IMG/VR virus record: IMGVR_UViG_3300010352_001543 | Strand: one strand, 5' to 3' | DNA from: a virus | Taxonomy: Duplodnaviria > Caudoviricetes | DNA: 64,000 nt | Shown here: positions 54,870-64,000 of the stretch, one piece after another | Position numbering within the stretch: the stretch's first letter is position 1 | How the letters are laid out: each line of letters starts with the position of its first letter | The notes under the pieces: model-generated | The model's database searches: none | Seen by the model: only the letters and a program-made list of their open reading frames with translations | Told to the model about the DNA's origin: nothing | Made by a program: the position numbers and the translations under genes

Positions 54870-54944
54870 GGTCAGTGCGCAGCGACTTGAACGCTGACTC
54901 CTGGCTCCCAAAACCAGTGGATTAACCAATTTTCCTACGCACTG
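54870..54944 (-). tRNA. tRNA-Pro(TGG), first tRNA of the operon
   Basis: loop TTTGGGA. Confidence 0.88.
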
Positions 54945-54952
54945 AGTATAAT

Positions 54953-54988
54953 AAAAAACCGAATTTCTTGTTTAGTGAAATCCGGTTT
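54953..54988 (-). terminator. intrinsic terminator between leader ORF and first tRNA (putative attenuator)
   Basis: AAACCGGATTTC-loop-GAAATTCGGTTT followed by U-rich tail. Confidence 0.75.
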
Positions 54989-55020
54989 AATATTTTTAAT
55001 TTTTTATGAATAAAACGTTT

Positions 55021-55215
55021 TTAAAACGTTTCAAAACAAACCGGATTTATCTTTCTTGCTGCTCCACTAAATAGATAGCTTTCATGATCATTATTGTTGA
55101 CGTTTTGTATCGAACAATAAAATTCACTGCCAGGTTTCGTTGAGCTGGTTGAGCTGGTTGAGCTGGTTAAGGGGCAATTTCTGCTAATCTGATATGTCAT
55201 GTTTGATGTTTTCAT
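55021..55215 (-). CDS. putative attenuator leader peptide of the tRNA operon
   Basis: 3' end carries AAATCCGGTTT complementary to the terminator 5' arm; (ACC AGC TCA)x3; 19 of 20 amino acids. Confidence 0.6.
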   Translation of the reverse strand: MKTSNMTYQISRNCPLTSSTSSTSSTKPGSEFYCSIQNVNNNDHESYLFSGAARKINPVCFETF

Positions 55216-55310
55216 ATAATCTATATATTAAAGTTAATTTCTACTGAATGTGTTTTTACACCTTATTTTACAATTTTCTTTCACTTTTTGAAAGAAAGTT
55301 TTTAATTATT

Positions 55311-55628
55311 TTATTTTTTAGGAGCGTAATCTTCATCTGATAACACATATCCTTCTCTTTCAAGCTCCTTGATAATCTTTTTTATCATTGTAGATCTAAA
55401 CGAAGGTCTTGTGGCTACATCTTTGGACCAAACACCTTTCCTATAAATAATTTCATAGTTTGTATTATTTCCGTTAAAATATGAAGTAATAAAAGCGTAT
55501 TTACCTTCATCGTTTTTATAAAGAGAATAACCTTCAGCACTGTTCTTAATATCAGTTTCCGTAATTCCCTCATTTAACTTATTTTCATTCAAAAAGAATT
55601 CTTCTCTTGTTAATACATGCTTATTCAT
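55311..55628 (-). CDS. CTS-leader hypothetical protein
   Basis: MNKHVLTREEFFLNENKLNEG. Confidence 0.55.
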   Translation of the reverse strand: MNKHVLTREEFFLNENKLNEGITETDIKNSAEGYSLYKNDEGKYAFITSYFNGNNTNYEIIYRKGVWSKDVATRPSFRSTMIKKIIKELEREGYVLSDEDYAPKK

Positions 55629-55660
55629 AAAATTTCTTATTTTTTGTTTTGTTAAAATTA

Positions 55661-55689
55661 TAAAGACGAAGCAATTTAATTTTTATTGT
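55661..55689 (-). promoter_or_regulatory. promoter ACAAT-N16-CGTC
   Basis: motif copy. Confidence 0.65.
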
Positions 55690-56104
55690 CGTATAGTTTT
55701 GACAATTTCGGTATTTTGCTGTCTTCTACAAATATTTTAAATGTTTCATCATTTATTAAAGATTCATATACTTCTACGTACTTGTCCTGAGCTTTAGGAA
55801 AAAAGTGCGATTTCAGCATCACAGTAATCACCTTAAAAATCCATTCCTTTCCTTTCCGGACCAATGCTCCAACAATGTTTAAATTTGATTTCAATCCATG
55901 AATTACAAATGTTTTAGCACCTTGTAAATTCTTTGTTAGGATGTTTGCTGATTTTCTAACAAGTTCTTCAATGTCTTCCCTTTTGATGTTTATAGGCAAC
56001 CCATTCCGCTCTCTGGAACGATCCATTGCATGAGTTGTCAGAAGAACATCAATTTCGTGTTGTTCTTCGTTTAGTAAAAGGGACCAGTCAAAGTAAATTT
56101 TCAT
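55676..56104 (-). CDS. DUF4258/RelE-like fold protein, possible RNase, CTS-like leader
   Basis: TTHAMDRSRER...I...VITV; LLLNEE. Confidence 0.45.
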   Translation of the reverse strand: MKIYFDWSLLLNEEQHEIDVLLTTHAMDRSRERNGLPINIKREDIEELVRKSANILTKNLQGAKTFVIHGLKSNLNIVGALVRKGKEWIFKVITVMLKSHFFPKAQDKYVEVYESLINDETFKIFVEDSKIPKLSKLYDNKN

Positions 56105-56587
56105 ACTTTCTATAATTTTTGTTGTAGTTCTTCAAGTGAGTACTTTTCAAACATTTGACAAAGAATGCCAAATTTTTCTTCATCAGCTAAATTGTTAATA
56201 GAAGGAAAATCATAATTATATCCTAATTGCTTATTTAAAAAATCACTCAAGTCTTTGTCTGACATATTGCTTAAAATTTCTTCTGCGTCATCTTTGTCTA
56301 AATCCACATCAACAATCACATAGTCTTCTTCAATATTAGTATAAATTTTTACCTCATGAGAATCATCCATCGAGTCTAATATTTCTTCTAATTGCTGTTT
56401 TTGAGTTTCATCATCAAAACTATAGGCACTGAAAAATTCTCTAACATCATCCATATCAAATACTATATATTTATGAAAGTCAACCGACACTTCTTTTTCA
56501 ATCCACATTATATGTATTCCTTAAAATATAAAATCCGTTTTCTTTTTTATACAATCAAGAAAACGGATTTGAACAACTAAATAATAT

Positions 56588-56878
56588 TTATTCAGATTTT
56601 TTCTGAACAACTTTTAGTTCTTTTATATAATCACTACCATCGCCATCCCAGCCAAATGTTTTTTCATAGTCACTGTCATTCGGATCAACAACAATCGAAA
56701 ATGAATGCCCTATATTTCCAATCTGTGCAATATACTCTATCAATTCTTTTAGTTGATTTTCTGTATCTCTACAGTAAATGATATACTGGTCACAATCAGA
56801 ATTATTTAGACCTTCATTTAATTTTGATTCATTTACAAAAGATGTAAATGTTTTTACATGTTTTAAATTTTTTTCCAT
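56588..56878 (-). CDS. CTS-leader hypothetical protein
   Basis: MEKNLKHVKTFTSFVNESKLNEG. Confidence 0.55.
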   Translation of the reverse strand: MEKNLKHVKTFTSFVNESKLNEGLNNSDCDQYIIYCRDTENQLKELIEYIAQIGNIGHSFSIVVDPNDSDYEKTFGWDGDGSDYIKELKVVQKKSE

Positions 56879-56895
56879 ATTTTGTTTTTTGATTT

Positions 56896-58248
56896 CTATT
56901 TTTCGATAAAGACAGTTCGTTTCTTATCATATTCTCTTTCGGGCGCTACTACGGAGCCACAATTATAGCATTTATATAGATGAATATTTTCATCTAAGCT
57001 TATAATTTTTCCATTTGACCACACAGGAGTTAAGTAAATATCTTTATTCTTTATATATTTCAAAGACAACCAATCTATATTTGTTTCTTCTTTCAAAACA
57101 TTTCCTTCTAATATTCTTTTAATATTGATTTTTACCTCTTCTTGATTACTATTCCATTCGTAATCCCAAATAAAATATAAATCTATATTTTTATTTAATG
57201 CTTCCATTTTCTTGTCTAAATGATAAGTAGACTCTTTAAATTTATCAGAATGCCAATATGAACCATTGAATTCAAATCCTATGTTTTTAGAAGGAATTAA
57301 AATATCTATTTCTTGATATTTTAATATTGTTCTATCATTAGTTTTGACCTCATAACCTAAGGATTCGATATAAGTAGAAATTTCTACTTCGGTTTTATTA
57401 ATCAAATGTTTTCCATTGTTCAACGAACATGAAACACCATATCTTTCTATATGAGTTTGTCTTGATTTATTTCTTATTTCTTCCGAACTCCATGAACCAT
57501 ATCTTTCGAGTCTGGTCATTAGTGTTTTTTGTTTACATATATCAGATTGTGATGGATACGCAACACCATATTTTTTTAGATTTGTATCTATTGATTTGTT
57601 TTTTGATTCTTCTAACTGCATTGGATTTTCTACACCATGTTTCTGCATATGTGTTTTCTTGCGTCTATTTATTATTTCATGATTTTGCATTGGATTTTCT
57701 ACACCGTATCTATCGAACATAGTATGTTTTATTATACCTTTAATTTCTTCTGATAGATAAGGAGACTCAACACCATAATTTTTAAAACAAGTTTCTTTAA
57801 ATTTCTTTCTTATTTTTTTAGATTGCATAGGTGATCTTACACCATTATTTTTAAGGCATGTTTCTTGAATCTTATTTTTTATTATATCTAACTTACTTGG
57901 ATTTTCAACACCATATCTTTCTATACATGTTCTTTTCCTTTTTTCTTTTGCTTTTTTCTTTTTACATTTATCACAATCTGATTTATAAACATTATTTTTT
58001 ATCAGATTTAGATTACCCAATAACACTGGTTCTTCTTTACAGGTAGAACAATATAAAATTTCTAATTTTTCATTAAATATATGCCAAAGTCGTTGAATTT
58101 CATTATCATCATAATAATCATCTAAAAATTTAGTCAGCTCTTTTATTTTATCTATTAACTCTGGATTTTTACTTACTGCACTTCTAAATTTATAGATATA
58201 TAATCTAAAATTTTTTGAATCTTCTTTAATTTTTTGTAGTTGTTCCAT
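56896..58248 (-). mobile_element. homing-endonuclease-like protein with ERYGVENP repeats and PD-(D/E)xK nuclease
   Basis: about 8 T...YGV..P repeats; EIDILIP...GFEFNGSYWH. Confidence 0.75.
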
Positions 58249-58348
58249 TTTTACTTTTATTTTTAATGTAGTTTAAATATAAAATGGTGGAGTATCCAAC
58301 TACAAAATACATACTCCACCGAAATAAGGATTAATTACTTCCCTATTT

Positions 58349-59092
58349 TTAACTTTTCACTTTAACAATATTAGAGCATATTCCACTCTTTGATGCATTA
58401 ACAATAGTTTGTGCTGCTGCCCCTGACACAGGTAATTTAGCATCTATCATTTTTGCTAAATTTCCAATCATATCCATAAGTGGTCCACATTTTGCCAGTG
58501 GTTCAGTACATGTTTCAGCTCCTAAATTTATGTCATCACAATCTATACTCCATTTATCATCGGCATGTTCTAACACTTTTCCATCCACCATTTCGATATA
58601 TGATGTTTTCCCTGAATGATAAATTTTAACATGTGTATCCTTATCAATATTAATTATTGACTCTTTGTGAAACAATAACAAACCTTGTTTTTGCGTGTAG
58701 AAAATACGGACCTGTTCATCTACATCCATTATCAGTACCTGACTATTAATATAGTCATCTTTGATCAACGTTTGCATTTCTGGATTCATTATTTCAACTT
58801 CTTTGTATTGTGGAGAATATAAATCTCCACCAGCAAATTGAACTGTTACTAATGTGTTTAATTTTGGAAACGAAAACGAACCAAAACCTCCACCTCCACC
58901 ATCTGCATTTTCAGCTGTCTTAGCAAAAATAGTAGATCTCATAGGGAACGCCCACGGCAAATTAGCAGGTTCAATATCATCAAACTTACTGAATATTTTT
59001 ATCTTGCAGCGTCCTAAATAGAGTGGATCTTTATTATCAACTACTACACCTAAAAAGGTACCTTCTAAATCTTCTGTCTTAAAATCTGTCAT
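58349..59092 (-). CDS. T4 gp5-like baseplate hub/spike protein (OB fold)
   Basis: GVVVDNKDPLYLGRCKIKI...LPWA.P...P.LNTLV.V.F..GD. Confidence 0.85.
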   Translation of the reverse strand: MTDFKTEDLEGTFLGVVVDNKDPLYLGRCKIKIFSKFDDIEPANLPWAFPMRSTIFAKTAENADGGGGGFGSFSFPKLNTLVTVQFAGGDLYSPQYKEVEIMNPEMQTLIKDDYINSQVLIMDVDEQVRIFYTQKQGLLLFHKESIINIDKDTHVKIYHSGKTSYIEMVDGKVLEHADDKWSIDCDDINLGAETCTEPLAKCGPLMDMIGNLAKMIDAKLPVSGAAAQTIVNASKSGICSNIVKVKS

Positions 59093-59110
59093 TATATACT
59101 ATATATTCTC

Positions 59111-61201
59111 TTATTTGTAAATGTTCTTTGGATTTATTGTTTTCTTTGGTTCTTTGCTTTCAAATTTGATTGTTTTTGGATTAATTGTTTCTTTTGGTTT
59201 ATTACTTTCAAATTTGATTGTTTCAGGATCGATGTCATCTTTCGGAGGAGTTTCCACTAATTCTACCGGTTCAATTGTATCTTTTGGTGAAGTTTCAGTC
59301 AACTCTACTGGATCAATTATTTCCTTGAATGGTGTGTTATCAAATTGTAATTGATCAATCGTATCTTTGACAGGTGTCACATCAAATTGTAATTGGTCAA
59401 TTGTATCTTTTGGAGGAGTTTCATTTAGTTGAATTGGATCAATCGTATCTTTGACAGGTGTCACATCAAATTGTAATTGGTCAATTGTATCTTTTGGAGG
59501 AGTCTCATCCAATTTAATAGGGTCAATTGTATCTTTAAATGGTGTTTCATCGAACTGAATTGGATCAATCGTATCTTTAACAGGTGTTATATCGAATTGT
59601 AGTTGATCAATTGTTTTCTTCGGTTCAGCCGATTCGAATTGGACCGGATCAATTGTTTTCTTTGGTTCGGTCCCATGTAAATTTACTTCAGTTATTTTTT
59701 TGTTTGGTTCGGTCATAGTCAATATCACCGGATCAATTGTTTCTTTAACCGGAGTAATTAGGAAATCCATTTTACCTAAAACTTTGTTGTCTATGTTTTC
59801 GATTATGCTTGTTGAGTAAGCATTCTTCCAGTTTTGATCAGCAGCTGTTTTTTCAACAACTTGTGATGTATCATAAATACTTTTCTGATCAATAGTTTTA
59901 ACCGGTCCGGTCGTATCATTTCCACCATACTGTAGAAAGCTATTTGCTGGATCAGCAAGTCTTGCTTCTTTCTCAGCTTTAGTGGCTGCCCATTCTTCAA
60001 ATGCCTCACCTTTTATAGTACTTGAAATATCTTTAAATTTATTGCTGTCATTATTGTAATCATGTAATGCTCTTTGTTCATTGATATAAGTATCTATATC
60101 TGTTTGGATGTCCTTACCAAGCGGACTCAACAGTACCGATAAATTTTTTCTGAATTCATTGTAGTTTTTTAGACCATCTTGAAGGGCACGCCCAGACTGA
60201 GGAATACCAAATTTTTCTGTACTGGTTAGTATCCATTCAAAAAATCCATATTGTTGAAATTCATCTACTTCTTCCACTTCAACCGAAAATGATTGAGCTA
60301 CCGGTTCACTTTGGGAACTATTACTTACCTTTCCAAAACCCTCGAATGATTCTTCAAAATCAAAAATACATTTAGGAAAAGTGAACTTGTAATATGTTAT
60401 GTAATCGTTTAAACTTTGAAGTTTGTACTGTGATTTTTCTTTTTCAACTGGTTGAGGGGCAATCACTGGTATTTCACTTGTCATAGGAGTAGAAACAGTT
60501 GCTGGTGAATTTTGTCCTGCTTTATAAATATCAGCGCTTGAGTGTTCATTAGCGAGCACTGATTGTACTACAGAAGAATTGGCCGATAAACTTGGTGGAG
60601 TGGTTGTTCCTATTATTTGTCTAATAGTATATAAATCTCTGAATTCAGCTACCGTTATTTCCATCTCAAATCTTCGTTTATCTATAGGTAAATTATATTT
60701 TAAGTATTTCCAGTCATAAACAGCTACTCGATACAAGTTAATCCAGAATGACATAATATTATCAAGTGACTCAAGAGTCTCAAATTTAATCTTATGATTT
60801 TTCAAACGATAAGGAACTCCTGATTCAGGAAACTTGAAAATTTCTTGAAGCCCGGAAACTGACTGGAAAAAATGAGGTCGATTAGTTTGGATATAATCAG
60901 TCATATTTCTAAATTCAGTTAGTGCTTCTGATTGCTTATAAAGATTTCTTCTTCTAAGAAAATTAATTGCTGATTCTATTTGATCAGTTCCTAATAAAAG
61001 TCCAAGTGGAATAGTTTCTGTTCCAGGGTAAGGAACTCCTTGCTCATTTCTAAGATGATCAGAAAATAGATTAAAATGTACGGAAAAACAATAGAATGTC
61101 GGTTCATCCAACATGTCGTTATGTGATTCTGAAAATTTAACCAAGTCCGAATTTGAAACACTTAGAAAATTTCTTATCTTACTATTAGGAGATTTAATCA
61201 T
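59111..61201 (-). CDS. putative tail/baseplate structural protein with C-terminal 14-aa repeat array
   Basis: lies between gp5-like and hub-like genes; about 15 KDTIDxxQxDxTPx repeats. Confidence 0.55.
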   Translation of the reverse strand: MIKSPNSKIRNFLSVSNSDLVKFSESHNDMLDEPTFYCFSVHFNLFSDHLRNEQGVPYPGTETIPLGLLLGTDQIESAINFLRRRNLYKQSEALTEFRNMTDYIQTNRPHFFQSVSGLQEIFKFPESGVPYRLKNHKIKFETLESLDNIMSFWINLYRVAVYDWKYLKYNLPIDKRRFEMEITVAEFRDLYTIRQIIGTTTPPSLSANSSVVQSVLANEHSSADIYKAGQNSPATVSTPMTSEIPVIAPQPVEKEKSQYKLQSLNDYITYYKFTFPKCIFDFEESFEGFGKVSNSSQSEPVAQSFSVEVEEVDEFQQYGFFEWILTSTEKFGIPQSGRALQDGLKNYNEFRKNLSVLLSPLGKDIQTDIDTYINEQRALHDYNNDSNKFKDISSTIKGEAFEEWAATKAEKEARLADPANSFLQYGGNDTTGPVKTIDQKSIYDTSQVVEKTAADQNWKNAYSTSIIENIDNKVLGKMDFLITPVKETIDPVILTMTEPNKKITEVNLHGTEPKKTIDPVQFESAEPKKTIDQLQFDITPVKDTIDPIQFDETPFKDTIDPIKLDETPPKDTIDQLQFDVTPVKDTIDPIQLNETPPKDTIDQLQFDVTPVKDTIDQLQFDNTPFKEIIDPVELTETSPKDTIEPVELVETPPKDDIDPETIKFESNKPKETINPKTIKFESKEPKKTINPKNIYK
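59114..59750 (-). repeat. 42-bp coding tandem repeat
   Basis: near-perfect 84-bp-period duplication at 59353 and 59437. Confidence 0.85.
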
Positions 61202-61215
61202 TATTGTTTTTATTT

Positions 61216-62616
61216 TTACTCAAAGTTTGGATGAGTCCATTCTCGTCTGCTTAGAACAACTTCTTGTTGAATTATATTATCTGAGGATGGTCGTAATGGA
61301 TCAATTGTGTTTTTATAAATTAAATTAATAGCCCTTATTATATAATTACCGGACAAAAATCTATCAACAGAGAAGCCTATATTTTTAGCGTCATCCGCTT
61401 TCCAACCGGATATATTAACACGTTGCTCATTGTTAATATTTACAATTATTATAGGAACCCGTTGGCCACTATAATAATTTAAATTTGTTCTTGACAACAA
61501 CGCTTTGAATTTTATCTTATTAATATTTTCGTTATTTATTCGGTTTTGATAAGCAGCTTCTTTATAGAACTCATGAATGTTATGATCCGGCAACAAATAG
61601 TTCCATCCTGACCATGTCTTCTTTATTTCGTTTTTATAAATGTCTTCATTTGGCCGACCTTTCAATGCTATCTTTTTCGTCTTGGAGTTAGTCACTGTTG
61701 ACTCAATATTAAAATTTACGTGCTTCTGTGTAGTGAAATCAAAAATATTTAAGTTCTTGATGTAACCGTCTTTCATTGCACTTGCTCCCGACTGGTTGAA
61801 CAGCTCATGTTTTTCTATGAAATTTCCACCGTTCTTTAGTTCCGGTAGATTAGATAGTATATTCTTGTTCTTAATATAGTCAATTTGTTCGGTAGCGATG
61901 GTGTCCTTAGTAAAAAGAGAGAAGTCAATACCGGTGGAAGTATCAGCAGAGTCTGCAATAGAAAACATTGAATTCATTTCTACAAAGTTTAAGTTGTAAT
62001 AATGGTCAAACCAAAAACTGAAAAAACTATACTCATTAGAATATGAATGGGACACTACTGATTTAATAAATTCTAAGTATGTTTGATTTGGACTAAGCCA
62101 GGTCATAGTATCTTTTAAATCAGTATCTGTAACATTGGTGACAAAACCAAGTCCTAAATCATTAGCAACTTCAATTAGCGTCTGTAGTGTATTCATCGAA
62201 GGAAATGCTTTGTTAAAACTTGCATAAAGCTTTGGTATCCACATTTCACCATAGACAGTAATACTCATAGTGTCTCCGGATGGTCCGGTACTCCTACTGG
62301 TAGTAACATGAGTAATTCTAAAATCGACCCTGACTGGTTTTAAATCCTTGACAAGTGAACGAATGAAAACAGAAAGCATATCTCCATCTTTAGGAAAATG
62401 CTTTGAAATGAAAACACCATCGTTAATATTAAAAGTACAATTCGCTTTTGGGAGAATGTCTTCATTATTGATTTCAAGGTACCTTATTTGCTTTTGGGAA
62501 ATAGAATAGCCATTGATTTCAATGACCGGGTATCTACTACCTCGTCCACCAACAATGTAACCAATCGTTTGGTCTTTCTTGGAATTGCTAATTATTTCTG
62601 AGCCATTATCTGCCAT
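61216..62616 (-). CDS. putative baseplate hub (gp27/late-control-D-like) protein
   Basis: position upstream of gp5-like gene; L.EVA.DLGLGF, FWFDHYYNLNFV, LSGNYII. Confidence 0.55.
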   Translation of the reverse strand: MADNGSEIISNSKKDQTIGYIVGGRGSRYPVIEINGYSISQKQIRYLEINNEDILPKANCTFNINDGVFISKHFPKDGDMLSVFIRSLVKDLKPVRVDFRITHVTTSRSTGPSGDTMSITVYGEMWIPKLYASFNKAFPSMNTLQTLIEVANDLGLGFVTNVTDTDLKDTMTWLSPNQTYLEFIKSVVSHSYSNEYSFFSFWFDHYYNLNFVEMNSMFSIADSADTSTGIDFSLFTKDTIATEQIDYIKNKNILSNLPELKNGGNFIEKHELFNQSGASAMKDGYIKNLNIFDFTTQKHVNFNIESTVTNSKTKKIALKGRPNEDIYKNEIKKTWSGWNYLLPDHNIHEFYKEAAYQNRINNENINKIKFKALLSRTNLNYYSGQRVPIIIVNINNEQRVNISGWKADDAKNIGFSVDRFLSGNYIIRAINLIYKNTIDPLRPSSDNIIQQEVVLSRREWTHPNFE

Positions 62617-62820
62617 TTAATATCTTATAAATATATTTTTTGTAGAAACTTCTTGGAGAAAAATGGTTCTCCGTTATCTGTTTTAATTTCGGATAATGAT
62701 TTTACAAATTCTTTTCTTTCTTGTTTTCTTTTTGATTCATCTGCGTTCATTAATGATACTATTTTCGTGAATTCTGTTCTATTCATTTTTAATTCCTTTT
62801 AACGGTGTACATTTATTTTA

Positions 62821-63153
62821 TTAATTCTTAAAAAATTTTTGATTTTTCTTTATTTCTTGTTCTGTTAGCAAAGTTTGTTTAACTTCATTGGAACCTATAA
62901 TTTCTAATTTATAGATTTCCTCTGTGTTTGGATTTCCTAAATATTGTATGAACACTATTTTTTTATCTATCCATCCAAGAGCAGCAACATCTAAATTAAG
63001 ATGAAAATATTTGTTTAATGCTTTCTCTAAATCATCATTATTTTCATCTATTATAGATTGATAAATATTTTTATCTTTTATCGTCATTTCTGAATTTTTA
63101 TAAGGTATGTCTGACTCTAATAAAAATTCACTATATGTTTTTATATTTTTCAT
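62821..63153 (-). CDS. CTS-leader hypothetical protein
   Basis: MKNIKTYSEFLLES. Confidence 0.55.
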   Translation of the reverse strand: MKNIKTYSEFLLESDIPYKNSEMTIKDKNIYQSIIDENNDDLEKALNKYFHLNLDVAALGWIDKKIVFIQYLGNPNTEEIYKLEIIGSNEVKQTLLTEQEIKKNQKFFKN

Positions 63154-63575
63154 TAATGTAGCTCATTTATTTTATAAAGCGTGGTTGAAATAAGTTCAAC
63201 CATTTCATCTATAATTGTTTCTAAGTCTGTTTGATCGGTATAGCCAATTCTGTAATTACTTAAATCATCTTTTAGTTCGGTTAAATGCTCATTCATGTTT
63301 ATCGGTTCAGAAGAAGGAATAGTAATTTCTACTTTACCGAATGTGCCTTGATATGCTTCAGCAAATCTATCAGTTAGGTCAAGAATACCATCATAATATT
63401 CATTTAATGCTTTGTGTTCAGCATAGCTTTCAGTTGCTAAGTGATTTAGATGGGCAATGTCTCTGCTTTGAAAAAGTTTACCAATCATATAACCATCCAT
63501 ATTATCCTCTAAGAGACCTGAACCGATTTCTTCATTTAAGAAATCACCGAATTTTTTAACGTATATTTTTTTCAT
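63153..63575 (-). CDS. ferritin/Dps-like (DUF5856-like) protein with CTS-like leader
   Basis: HLNH...YAEHKAL.EYYD...D.FAE.YQG; KKFGDFLNEE. Confidence 0.7.
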   Translation of the reverse strand: MKKIYVKKFGDFLNEEIGSGLLEDNMDGYMIGKLFQSRDIAHLNHLATESYAEHKALNEYYDGILDLTDRFAEAYQGTFGKVEITIPSSEPINMNEHLTELKDDLSNYRIGYTDQTDLETIIDEMVELISTTLYKINELH

Positions 63576-63605
63576 TTTAAATAGTCTTATTTTATTATCT
63601 ATATA

Positions 63606-64000
63606 TTAAAGAAGCCGCTTTTTCTTATGCGCCGCCTCAATGTCTTCTTTTGCCAGATCAAATACTTTTTTAGTTACTTCAAATTCCTCTTGTCTGTAAA
63701 TAGCCAATCTCTGCTCACTGTGTTTAAAAATGAAATTCTTATATTTACTGAATCCTTTGATCCGGAAATCATCAATTAAGTCATATATAGTTACATCATC
63801 TTTATTTTCATCGAGTCTCATTCCTCGACCAATACCTTGTTTAATTATTTTCTCACTTTTATATGACTCGGCCAGTAAAATGTAATGCAGATTATTAACA
63901 TCTATGCCTGTACTAAAAACTCCAAAGGATGCTATAATAATTCTTATTTTGTCCCTTTGGTTTAATCTCAGTCTATACTCTTCTCTGAGTTCTTTAGAGA
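63606..64000 (-). CDS. uvsW: UvsW-like SF2 helicase, 3' part (runs off window)
   Basis: upstream frame reads IASFGVFSTGIDV.NLH...QGIGRGMR...IYDLIDD. Confidence 0.8.
   Translation of the reverse strand, partial: SKELREEYRLRLNQRDKIRIIIASFGVFSTGIDVNNLHYILLAESYKSEKIIKQGIGRGMRLDENKDDVTIYDLIDDFRIKGFSKYKNFIFKHSEQRLAIYRQEEFEVTKKVFDLAKEDIEAAHKKKRLL

Overview
AT-rich segment of a T4-like jumbo/megaphage, coding almost entirely on the minus strand. T9SS C-terminal-domain proteins, an Hc1-like protein, an ECF sigma factor and a lone receiver domain point to an FCB-group (Bacteroidota/Ignavibacteria-like) host; this is an inference. About 1-56 kb is accessory: many small hypothetical ORFs, RNA-repair enzymes (two RNA ligases, PNKP, a phosphoesterase), a radical SAM enzyme, ART-like, ParB-like and nucleotidyltransferase genes, two plus-strand tnpB/omegaRNA cassettes, and a 22-tRNA operon covering all 20 amino acids. 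The right end carries baseplate/tail genes and the 3' part of a UvsW-like helicase. Main candidates: (1) a leader-peptide terminator/antiterminator attenuator gating the tRNA operon; (2) about 20 ORFs with a T4 internal-protein-like capsid-targeting leader (K-x-F/Y-x-E-F-L/I-N-E), including ART-like enzymes; (3) TnpA-less TnpBs behind a phage promoter-like motif, one with a guide matching a diverged allele of its neighbouring gene; (4) an unannotated GHC-repeat peptide directly after the radical SAM gene; (5) 18 copies of an ECF-type promoter motif (TACAAT-N16-CGTC) plus a phage ECF sigma; (6) phage-encoded T9SS cargo. All calls come from manual motif reading; no searches were run.
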